Shown: in pieces, positions 20,801 through 30,265 of the stretch | Layout: every line of letters starts with the position of its first letter | Numbering within the stretch: the first letter of the stretch is position 1 | Made by a program: the position numbers and the translations under genes | NCBI GenBank assembly: GCA_964371045.1 | Contig: CAYJMN010000002.1 | Coordinates: 60,959-124,958 of the forward strand | Reading direction: 5' to 3' | Length of the DNA: 64,000 nucleotides | From: an uncultured Chromatiales bacterium | Lineage (GTDB): Bacteria; Bacteroidota; Ignavibacteria; SZUA-365 | The notes under the pieces: generated by a model | Seen by the model: the letters and a program-made list of their open reading frames with translations, nothing else | What the model was told of the DNA's origin: nothing | The model's database searches: none

Positions 20801-23800
20801 AAGCTGCCGATACCCTGATCGCTGTAGCCCATGGGCTCCATCACGGTCGGGAAGTCGGGCGAGGTCGACGGCTGCACTTCGGCACCCGTCGAACGGAAGA
20901 AGTAGCCACGATAGAATTCATTCGACTCTGCCGCATTGCGCGGAGTGCCTGTCGGATAGCCTTGGGCAAGAAGATCAGCGACCGTACCCGGGCCCCAGCC
21001 CTCGAGAGGAACAGTCGTACCCTGAGGCTTGCCAGTCGATTTGAAGACCTCGACTGTGCTTGCAACATCAGGAATAACACTGACTTCACCAATGGCGGAC
21101 TGAATCGAGAAATCACAGACGCCAGGAATTGTTTCCAAACGAAGGTGAGCGATAAGACGGACGACATCGGTACCGGCGAGACTCAGCTTGGTGACGTTCT
21201 GCGGTGCGCGGAGATAGAAGCGCACGGCATTGTAACCAAGGAATGCCGGCAAGTCGCCTGCGATACCGGGCAGCGTGTTACCCGGTGCGACGTACACGAG
21301 TACTGCATCGAGAACCTGTCCCGTCACGGGATCAAGTACGGGCTCGGGGTTGTCAATACCACCGGCGCCGCTGTTCGCGACGTTCGCGGAAACCGAAGCG
21401 TAGAAACGCTTGGCGCCCGTGATAGGCGGATAGTACAGCTTGTTGTCGGGAAGTTCGACAAACACGCGGTTCGTGTTCGGGTAGAAGTACGGCGCGATAT
21501 CCTTGGGATTGCCGAAGATATCGGTGATACGGATATACAACTTGTCGAAGATCGGGTTGCGGTAGTTACCAACGCGACCAACCACAAATGATTCGTCACG
21601 ACCGATAACAAGTTCAATGCGCGGCTGACCACCCTGGAAGAAGGTCCAGCCGGTACCGTCCCAAAGAACGTCAGTCGAATCCATCGATGTCGTCTGGCCC
21701 ATGTTCTTGCCCAGCTTTGCATTGTAGCCAGTGCCCGGACCAAACCAGATGCCGAAATTGTTGTTCGGCGAACCGTCAGGGATGAAATTCGAATGCGAGA
21801 AACCGATACCCGGAGTCAAGTCGAGCTTGTTCGGGTCGTTGACATCGCTTCCACGATCGTTGAAGGCGTAGGTCGAACGCACGCGAATACGATACGGACC
21901 GATGTTGTTGCTACCGGAAGCCGCGCGGAACACGCGGTTGTTGCGTCCGAGGTTGGACGTACCGACAAACACGCGACCGGAGTCGATGTTGCCACCAGTA
22001 ACGACGATCGGGGAGATCGGATTAATGAGCGAATCGAAAATACCATTCAGACGATACGGGAAAGGATTGGTAGTGGCGCACAGCTCACCAAACGGAGAAA
22101 GCTCGAACTTGAACTTCTCGTTGTCATCAACTGTGTTGCCATAACCATCGGTCATGAGAATGTCGAGACGCAGATAGTTGTTATCCGCGGTGCCCTTCCA
22201 CTGATCGGTCGGGAGAATGTCGATAGCGCGCGGAATGTTCGGGCGCACGACGATCTTGGAACCGGTGTTGGGAAGAGAATTAACGCCGAGCGGATCCACA
22301 GGCATGCGCTCACCGAACGGATTGCCGTCGTGTGCGTCAAAATACCAGGTGGGACCATTCGTGCGGGCGCCGCCGTCAACAAACGCTTCCTGCGTGCGAT
22401 ATGCGCCGGGCATAAGACCGACAAGACCGCTGCGCGGGAAACCGCCGGACGTATCACCTGTCGCCTGCAACGTACCGGGAATGCCTGCGGGATCGGAATA
22501 ATTGATTACCGCTTCCGCATAAATGCGGACGGAATCCTCAACGCCACCGGCATTGACACCGACGTCGGCGTGAGTATACGCAAGACGACGATAAATTAAC
22601 TGACCGAAGTGACGAACGGTATCGTCAGCAGCCGTCATTCCCCTCAGATACATAGTGCGATCTTCGGGAATGGGATTGCTGATCGTATACGCAAGCGCCT
22701 TAAGAACGGGCTGCGTCATGCGATCCCAGGTACGGTTGCCATACGCATCGAGGAAGCGCAGGGTGTCAACCGCCGAGGAGACGAGACCCGGTTGATAGGG
22801 ATTCGCCGCGACATTGGACGCGCCCGGGCGATACGGGGGAATGAGACCATTGACGGGATTCGGGTTCAGACCGACGTACCAACCGGCTTCGGTGAAGGCG
22901 GCGGGAGCGAGAGCCTGATACAGGTTCGACAGCTTAAGCGGGTTGCGCTCGGGCGGCAAACCGTCGATCATCATGCCATAATCGGGATTAAGGATCGGGG
23001 GATCCGGGGAGCCTACGAACGCGCGGAACTGACCAGGGCGGAAGCTCTGGTGCGCAGTGTTGAGCGGATCGAAAGGCAAGCCGTCGTCACCAAGGAAGTA
23101 ACGACCGCGTGTGTAATCACCGAAAGAACCAATGTATTCACCAGCGTCGACTGCCTGCGCGGAATCCTTGACCCAAACGAGAAGGCGGGTCGTTCCGGGA
23201 AGCAGCTTTACGATTGCGAGATCTGTACCACCAGAGAACTGTCCACTTGGGATTACCGTGCCGTAGGCAAGCGGGTTACCGCTGCTGCCATCAAGCAGGT
23301 AGGCGCGAAGGGTGTCCTTCGTGGTGTCCGGGGGGACAGCCAGACCAAGCAGGTTGTTGATGTTCGGTTTAAAGAAAATGTTTCTGATCTGGATGCCGTC
23401 ACCTGCCGCGGTCGGGTTAGTGACGCGGAAGGTCAGCATCTGACGGATAGCACTCGGGTCGCTATTGAAAGGACTCGAGCTTGCGATATCTCCAACATTG
23501 CGATACACAGGGCGAAGGCCCACGTCACGGCCAGCGGCCGCACCGTCGTTCTGCGGAGGCAGAGCGGTATTCGTGATGACGCCGTCATACTGCTGACGAG
23601 CGAGCGACATCCCGGTAGAAGTGGTCGCAATACGCACACGTACATAGTCAAACACGGTCTGAGAGATCATGTTATTGACAATCTTGAAGCGGTTCTGGAC
23701 AAAGAACACCGCAACGGAATCGTTGTGGTTAAAATTGCCCACCCCACCTCCACTATCAAACAGGGTCAGCGTATCCGCGATAAAGGTCACGGAGTCTGCA

Positions 23801-23925
23801 GTCTGCTCGATGGTGCGTGTGATGTTGAAGAAGTCGCCCTTTACTGTACGGATCTGGGCATTCGCGCTCAATCCAAAGAGCAGCACGAGAGCCAGCACGG
23901 ACAGAAGAGTTAGGGTTTTCTTCAT
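14842..23925 (-). CDS. giant secreted/cell-surface protein (~3027 aa) with a T9SS C-terminal sorting domain; no recognisable catalytic or adhesin domain
   Basis: Signal peptide [24 protein letters not shown] at the internal Met (23923-23925). One uninterrupted ORF of more than 9 kb, rich in G/N/P/T/D. The C-terminus (...[40 protein letters not shown]...[22 protein letters not shown]) is a canonical T9SS CTD. Confidence 0.85.
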   Translation of the reverse strand: [3027 protein letters not shown]

Positions 23926-24353
23926 TCGAGAAATCTCCTGGTTAGTTAAAAAATGGGTCGGGGTAAACGGGTTGAACACTGCACATACCTGGTGGTTAAT
24001 GCTGGTGGTGGTTCGTTCCTCCTGCGAATTTTCAAATTGTTTGTTTTCTCTATGCATCGTAATAATCATTTTTCGGGAAACTCAATTTTGTAATATAGAC
24101 AGGGACTCAATATCAAACAACTTGTCATGACGGTTTCCACCACGCCATTACGCGTGAGGCTACTAGCCAGCATCTGATATGCAAAAACACTGCCAAAAAA
24201 TAAACCGTTTGTTTTCAACAGGTTACGCTTGTCTCAATCGTTGGCGTCAATATGATGACAGGTGTGCTTACGATGATCGACAAGGTTTTGACAATGTAAT
24301 GCCGCCTGGTGTTTTTTATGATGGATAGACCAAACTCGACCCGCGTGACTCAA

Positions 24354-24995
24354 TTACCGCAAATCGATTATTTCAGCTTTCTCGGGCGCGAGGAATTCAA
24401 ACCTGCTGTCGGCAAGTTTCTGATCCACTGATAGCGACTCGATAAGGTACATGGTCACCGCGCCGTTAATGTCCGTCACTTCTACTTTCCGGATATACCA
24501 GTCCTTGCTTACCCAGATCTTCAACGCGGTGGCGAAGGAATTGTCTTCCTTCGGAGTCAGTTTCAACACGTAGCAACGCTGCTTGCCCACCTGCTCTTCT
24601 CCGACCAGCGTCGAATAATAATCTTTCGGGTACTGCAGCAGAAGGCGCTCTGGAGACAATGCGTGAGCTTCGGGCTTGTACGTATCAACCAGCACTTGCC
24701 GGTTCTTCTGATTGTACGACCAAGAGGTCTTGCCGTCCGTTACGACTGTGCGATCCTCTGTTTCAATGCGGTATTTGTTCGGTTTCTTGAAATAGAGGGT
24801 CCCTGTCATGGCCTGCTCCGCGCGGGAAACCTTGAAATGAACGGTCTGCCTGAACGTCAAGGTGACGTCCTTCAGATCGTCGTATTGCGCCTGTACGTTC
24901 TCAATGATCTCACGCGCATCTATACTTAAAGCGAACGAAAGCGGTAGCAGCGCGAGTAGGGGAATCAGTGCGCGAAGGAAAATGCTGGTTCTCAT
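24354..24995 (-). CDS. lolA: outer-membrane lipoprotein carrier protein LolA-like
   Basis: Signal peptide at the internal Met (MRTSIFLRALIPLLALLPLS). LolA-like motifs (LTFRQTV...YFKKPNKYRIE). Immediately downstream of ftsK, the conserved ftsK-lolA arrangement. Confidence 0.7.
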   Translation of the reverse strand: MRTSIFLRALIPLLALLPLSFALSIDAREIIENVQAQYDDLKDVTLTFRQTVHFKVSRAEQAMTGTLYFKKPNKYRIETEDRTVVTDGKTSWSYNQKNRQVLVDTYKPEAHALSPERLLLQYPKDYYSTLVGEEQVGKQRCYVLKLTPKEDNSFATALKIWVSKDWYIRKVEVTDINGAVTMYLIESLSVDQKLADSRFEFLAPEKAEIIDLR

Positions 24996-24996
24996 A

Positions 24997-27804
24997 TTAC
25001 AACTCCTGTAAAATCGATTCGAGAGTGGATTCATCTTCTACCATAACTTGACGAGCTTTGCTCCCGTCGTATGGTCCTACGATGCCCACAGTCTCGAGTT
25101 GATCCACAATGCGCGCCGCACGTGAATACCCGATCTTCAATCGGCGCTGAAGCAGCGATACCGAACCCTGCTGATGTCTGACGATAAGTCTCGCTGCTTC
25201 GTACATCAGGTCATCGAAGTTGTCGGACTCGTCCCGATTCTTCGTCTTCTGGGTGGCGCGCACGGACGGCAATGTATAGGGACGCTGATATCCGCGCTGC
25301 TCGGAAATAAATTCCACCACACGCTCAACTTCGGCAGTGGAAAGAAAGGCATTCTGTATCCGCACCGGCTTCGGATGTCCGCCCGGTACGAACAGCATAT
25401 CGCCGTTCCCGAGCAGCTGCTCCGCGCCCTGTGTGTCGAGCACCGTGCGGGAATCTATTCTGCTCGCCACCTGATAGGCGACGCGAGCCGGGAAATTGGC
25501 CTTGATCACACCAGTGATGACGTCGACGGAAGGACGTTGCGTCGCAACGACCAAGTGGATGCCGACGGCGCGCGCCAACTGTGCGAGCCTCGCGATCGGT
25601 TCCTCCACCTCGCGAGCCGCAGTGATCATCAGATCGGCAAGCTCATCGATGATGACGACGATGCACGGCAGCTGGTAATGCTTTATCGTTTCGCTGTCCC
25701 GCACCTGACCGGCCTTGAGCTTCGCATTGTAATCGTCGACATGACGCACGCCCGCCTTGGCCAGCTTCGTGTAGCGCATGTCCATTTCGAGTTCCAGGCT
25801 CTTCAGAACGATTACGGCATTCGTCGGATCGGTGATGATCTCTTCGTCGATATCCGCGCAGACGGCAAGGAAGTGCCTGTTCAGTCCGCGATACTGCGCC
25901 AACTCGATTTTTTTCGGATCGATCATGACGAACTTCACGTCCTGTGGCCGCAGCTTGTAGAGCAGACTCGTGATCATCACATTGATGCCGACGCTTTTTC
26001 CGGAACCCGTCGCACCGGCGATCAGCAAATGCGGCATTTTCGCAAGGTCATCGCAAACAACAGCGCCGTTGATCGATTTCCCCATGCCGAGCGTGAGCTT
26101 GTGCCGTGATTTCTGAAACTCAACGGACGTCACAACCGAACGAAAACTCACCATTTCCGGCTGATTATTCGGGATTTCAATTCCCACGGCGCTCTTGCCC
26201 GGAATCGGCGCGATGATTCGGATGCCTCTGGCGGCCAGGGCCAACGCAAGGTCGTCGGCAAGCGATACGATCTTGCTGATTTTGACGCTCGAGTCGGGAA
26301 CGAGTTCGAAAAGCGTCACAACGGGACCAGGGGCGACAGAAATGCTCGTGATACCTATCCCGAACACGGCCAGTTTCTCCTTCACCAGCTCGGCTTTCAA
26401 CCTGAGTTCCGCATCCGTAACAGTGTTGGTGGTCCTTTGTGGATCGAGCAGCTCGGGAGTCGGCAATCGATAGGATAATTCCGTCTTCGCAAGCCTCTGA
26501 TTGAGGGAATCAATGTCTTCGTCGGTTTCGGACTGCATCACTTTGCGTGCGACCGCCTGTTGAACGGCCTTGCGTTCATGCTCGTTGAGCATGACGTTGG
26601 AAAGAGGGATCTCACTATCGATTCCGCCAGCGCCACAATCACCTGCCTCCCTTGATACCCTCTCGTCACCGGGTGCGTCCGCATCGGGCGAAACAGCGGC
26701 GGAACGCGGTGATGCGTTTTTCGAGGCCGTGCCTGGAACGTCGCTCCCTGATTGTGAGGCGACGGCGCCAGCCGACGCGCCTGCGGCAATCGGTCCAGCA
26801 ACGGCAGAATCCGCGGGTCCGAAAATATCGCGAAGCCCTTCGATGGCGTCTCGGGAGATGGTACCATTGGACCGAGGCGTGAGACCATCATCGGACTGCA
26901 CCGGTCCGGCGTGTTCCGCGGGGTCATCCTGCCAAGACCGGGCGATGGATACAGGAGTGGATCGGACGAGAGGCTGCAAAGGCGCAGGTGCGGCAACCGA
27001 CGGAGGTTGTGGCGTGGCGCTTTTTCGCTGCCGCGGCGGCGGCGTATCGGTCCCTTCGGCGGTGATGCTCTGCTGCAACTCGAGGGAAAGCGCGCCGCGT
27101 TCGGCCTGAAGCGCCGATTGCAGCTTCCCGGCTTTCCCTGAGACGCGATCCATCAACCACTGACCAATGTCTTTCGCCCGCGTAAGCGTGGCCTGAATAT
27201 CGTAGTCGACAACAATGACGGCCATGACCACAATGGTGGTGAACATGACGATCACACCGCCTGTCGTGCCTATCAGTCGAGAGATCAATCCTGCGACGAA
27301 ATCACCGATATTGCCTGACCAGGAGACGGAAATATCCGGCATCCAGGAAATCAGACGAACGAGTCCGAGAAATGTCGAACTTAGCAGGACAACTACCAGT
27401 GCGTGATTAGTATAGTACGCCAGAGCCCGAAGGTCGCGTCGGCGCAGAATTGACCATCCCCAGAGCATTAGCAGAATGGGAAAGGTGATGGCAAAATAGC
27501 CGACTGTAATGTTGATAAGGAAATTTGCCAGAATGGCACCGAACAGACCGAGCCAGTTGGACGTCGTATCGGCGCGCGCCTGAATTTCCGGATCTCCGCC
27601 GAACAGTCTGACAAAATCTCCGAAACCGATATCGGCCACGGTCTCATCCGCGTGCGAGTGCGATACCAGCGCCAGCAGCATCAACAGCGCAACCACCATC
27701 ATCATTATCCCGATGATGTCGAGTTTGCGTTTCGAATCCAACCCCTTCTTTGGGGCGGGAGCCGCGTCGCCGGCGGTATTCTTGCTTTTGCGTCGCACTG
27801 TCAT
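24997..27804 (-). CDS. ftsK: DNA translocase FtsK/SpoIIIE
   Basis: N-terminal TM helices, a low-complexity linker, an ATPase domain with Walker A GATGSGKSVGIN and Walker B VVIIDELADL, and a C-terminal winged-helix gamma domain (LYEAARLIVRHQQGSVSLLQRRLKIGYSRAARIVDQLE). Confidence 0.9.
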   Translation of the reverse strand: MTVRRKSKNTAGDAAPAPKKGLDSKRKLDIIGIMMMVVALLMLLALVSHSHADETVADIGFGDFVRLFGGDPEIQARADTTSNWLGLFGAILANFLINITVGYFAITFPILLMLWGWSILRRRDLRALAYYTNHALVVVLLSSTFLGLVRLISWMPDISVSWSGNIGDFVAGLISRLIGTTGGVIVMFTTIVVMAVIVVDYDIQATLTRAKDIGQWLMDRVSGKAGKLQSALQAERGALSLELQQSITAEGTDTPPPRQRKSATPQPPSVAAPAPLQPLVRSTPVSIARSWQDDPAEHAGPVQSDDGLTPRSNGTISRDAIEGLRDIFGPADSAVAGPIAAGASAGAVASQSGSDVPGTASKNASPRSAAVSPDADAPGDERVSREAGDCGAGGIDSEIPLSNVMLNEHERKAVQQAVARKVMQSETDEDIDSLNQRLAKTELSYRLPTPELLDPQRTTNTVTDAELRLKAELVKEKLAVFGIGITSISVAPGPVVTLFELVPDSSVKISKIVSLADDLALALAARGIRIIAPIPGKSAVGIEIPNNQPEMVSFRSVVTSVEFQKSRHKLTLGMGKSINGAVVCDDLAKMPHLLIAGATGSGKSVGINVMITSLLYKLRPQDVKFVMIDPKKIELAQYRGLNRHFLAVCADIDEEIITDPTNAVIVLKSLELEMDMRYTKLAKAGVRHVDDYNAKLKAGQVRDSETIKHYQLPCIVVIIDELADLMITAAREVEEPIARLAQLARAVGIHLVVATQRPSVDVITGVIKANFPARVAYQVASRIDSRTVLDTQGAEQLLGNGDMLFVPGGHPKPVRIQNAFLSTAEVERVVEFISEQRGYQRPYTLPSVRATQKTKNRDESDNFDDLMYEAARLIVRHQQGSVSLLQRRLKIGYSRAARIVDQLETVGIVGPYDGSKARQVMVEDESTLESILQEL

Positions 27805-27851
27805 TGTGGTTCCGTCGGATGGAGCGATTCCTTCCGACGAAAGGGATTCCT

Positions 27852-28937
27852 TTATTGTTTCTCGATAAAAGGCAATTTCACGACGGTGGCGGGAATTGCC
27901 TGATTGCGAATTATGATATTGACGAAACAGCCGGGCTGACTGTGCGAGGTCGGGACGTAACCCAGGGCGATACCTTTTTCAAGCATCGGCGACATCGTTC
28001 CCGATGTGACGACTCCGCATTCAGTATCGTCGATCATAATCGGATAGCCGTGCCTCGGGATGAGGCGACCTTCAACGGTCATACCGACCAGAGCGCGGGA
28101 GAGGCCTTTCTCTTTGGCTTCGAGCATCACGTCCCTTCCGAAGAAATCGCCTTTCTGAAGCTTCGTGATCCAGCCAAGCCTGGCATCCAGCGGGTGCGTG
28201 GTCTGGTCGATATCGTTGCCGTAGAGACAGAATCCAACTTCAAGGCGCAGCGTGTCGCGGGCGCCGAGGCCGATGGGTTCAATGTCGAATTCGCGACCCG
28301 CTTCGAAAATGGCTTCCCACATGCGCCGTCCAAGGCCCTCGTCGGAAGGCATGTACAGCTCCAAACCAACCTCGCCGGTGTAGCCTGTGCGCGAGATCAT
28401 GCACGGAATACCGGCGACCTCACCTTTGACAAAGGTGTAGTACTTCATCGCGGAGAGATCCGTCGTCGTCAATTTCTGAATAGTCTCGAGCGATTTCGGT
28501 CCTTGCACCGCAAGCAGCGCCGTTTCGTCGCTCTTGTCGATCAGCTGGACATCACCGGAAAGATGCTTGGCAAGCCAGTTGAAGTCCTTTTCGAGGTTCG
28601 ATGCGTTTACGACAAGCTGGACGTAATCGCCACAGTGATAGACGAGCAGATCATCAACGATGCCGCCGTCCTCGTAGCACATGGCGGAGTACTGGACGCC
28701 TCCCTCCGCCAGTTTGGTCACGTCGTTTGTGGTCATCATTTGGACGAAGGAAAATGCATCTGCGCCGCGCACCTCGAACTCGCCCATGTGCGATACGTCG
28801 AATACTCCTACCGAGCCCCGTACGCGTTTGTGCTCGGCGATGATGCCCTTATATTGAATGGGCATGAGGAAGCCTGCAAACTCGACCATCTTGGCGCCGA
28901 GTTGCACATGAATGTCATGAAATGCTGTACGCTTCAT
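27852..28937 (-). CDS. gcvT: glycine cleavage system aminomethyltransferase (T protein)
   Basis: MKRTAFHDIHVQLGAKMVEFAGFLMPIQY...GVFDVSHMGEF is the classic GcvT N-terminus. 361 aa. Confidence 0.9.
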   Translation of the reverse strand: MKRTAFHDIHVQLGAKMVEFAGFLMPIQYKGIIAEHKRVRGSVGVFDVSHMGEFEVRGADAFSFVQMMTTNDVTKLAEGGVQYSAMCYEDGGIVDDLLVYHCGDYVQLVVNASNLEKDFNWLAKHLSGDVQLIDKSDETALLAVQGPKSLETIQKLTTTDLSAMKYYTFVKGEVAGIPCMISRTGYTGEVGLELYMPSDEGLGRRMWEAIFEAGREFDIEPIGLGARDTLRLEVGFCLYGNDIDQTTHPLDARLGWITKLQKGDFFGRDVMLEAKEKGLSRALVGMTVEGRLIPRHGYPIMIDDTECGVVTSGTMSPMLEKGIALGYVPTSHSQPGCFVNIIIRNQAIPATVVKLPFIEKQ

Positions 28938-28984
28938 TACAATCAGCCAGAATTAAGTATGAGAAAATAGTTAGGATCGCGATG

Positions 28985-29638
28985 TCAGACGAGCTTGGAT
29001 TCGTTTTGCTTCCAGTCGTCCAGAAAGCGCTTTAAACCGCTGTCTGTCAGTGGATGAGAGAACATTTGATCTATGATCTTGAATGGAATCGTGGCGACAT
29101 GCGCTCCCATCAAGGCAGCTTCGAGAACGTGCAGGGGATGCCTGATGCTCGCCACAAGTACCTGGGTGGGAAAATCGTAATTCTGATAGATGGTGACGAT
29201 TTGTTGAATCAGCTCCATGCCGTCGACGCTGATGTCATCGAGACGTCCGACGAACGGCGAGACATAGGTGGCGCCCGCCTTGGCGGCAAGCAGGGCTTGA
29301 GTAGGCGAAAAGCATAAGGTGACGTTGGTCTTGATCCCTTCGTCGGTCAGTTGTCGCACTGCCTTCAGGCCTTCCCTGATGAGGGGCACCTTCACGACAA
29401 TGTTTCGATGAATGGCGGCCAGTTCCCGCCCTTCCTTGACTATCCCGTCCTTGTCCACCGACACGACTTCCGCGCTGACAGGGCCATTGACCACGGACAG
29501 GATCTCGTCGAGCAGCTGAAGAAAATTTTTACCTTCTTTTGCGACAAGCGAGGGGTTCGTCGTCACTCCATCCAGAATACCGAGACTTGCTGCCTCGCGG
29601 ATTTCTTCAATGTTCGCACTGTCAATGAAGAATTTCAT
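28985..29638 (-). CDS. tal: transaldolase, short Fsa/Tal-type
   Basis: [32 protein letters not shown] and the Schiff-base Lys context (VVKVP). 217 aa is typical of short transaldolases. Confidence 0.9.
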   Translation of the reverse strand: MKFFIDSANIEEIREAASLGILDGVTTNPSLVAKEGKNFLQLLDEILSVVNGPVSAEVVSVDKDGIVKEGRELAAIHRNIVVKVPLIREGLKAVRQLTDEGIKTNVTLCFSPTQALLAAKAGATYVSPFVGRLDDISVDGMELIQQIVTIYQNYDFPTQVLVASIRHPLHVLEAALMGAHVATIPFKIIDQMFSHPLTDSGLKRFLDDWKQNESKLV

Positions 29639-29760
29639 TCCGGACCTCGGGTATTACTTTAAGTGAAGACGCCAAATAGACATAAGAAAATATGAAAGGG
29701 GATTTCAACATGCAATGTTTTTCGATGATCGCTGTAAATTATTAGCAGGTAACAACCAAG

Positions 29761-30195
29761 TCACCTGCCTCTTCCGACCTCGGCGTAAGAGATCTCCGTT
29801 TCCTGTAGCCTGAGGTTCAGGGCGCGGATACGGGACCATGGCTCGAACATTCGCCAAAGCTCATCCAGGAGGTAAAGGACAAGATTTTCAGCGGTGGAAG
29901 TAAACGGAACGACCTTGTACTTCATCCCGCTTCCCTCAAAAAAGCCCAGCATAAGTGCGTCGCCGTCGTCGCAGAGAAAACAGTGGTCAAGCTGATCAAG
30001 GACCGGCGTGACCAGGCGCTTCATATCGCCGTAATCCATGAGCATGCCGTTTTCGTCGCACACTCCCTCGATTTCGACGCGAAGCCGGTATGAATGTCCG
30101 TGGATATTGGCGCAACCGCTTTCATGGAAAGGCAAACGGTGTCCCATTTCCCAGTGAAAGTCGCGTGCAATTTTCATCAATCGTTCCATGTTCAT
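29761..30195 (-). CDS. queD: 6-carboxy-5,6,7,8-tetrahydropterin synthase
   Basis: Zinc-binding HxH motifs (HGHSYRLRVE; CANIHGHSY) and the FEAAHRL-like region (FHWEMGHRL). The true start may be the Met at ~30177. A weak hairpin overlaps the stop codon. Confidence 0.85.
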   Translation of the reverse strand: MNMERLMKIARDFHWEMGHRLPFHESGCANIHGHSYRLRVEIEGVCDENGMLMDYGDMKRLVTPVLDQLDHCFLCDDGDALMLGFFEGSGMKYKVVPFTSTAENLVLYLLDELWRMFEPWSRIRALNLRLQETEISYAEVGRGR

Positions 30196-30265
30196 CCTTC
30201 ATTTCAACTGTGATGTCATGACCACAGCCAAGTAAGGTAATGAAAGATGATCGAGAAATTCAAGG

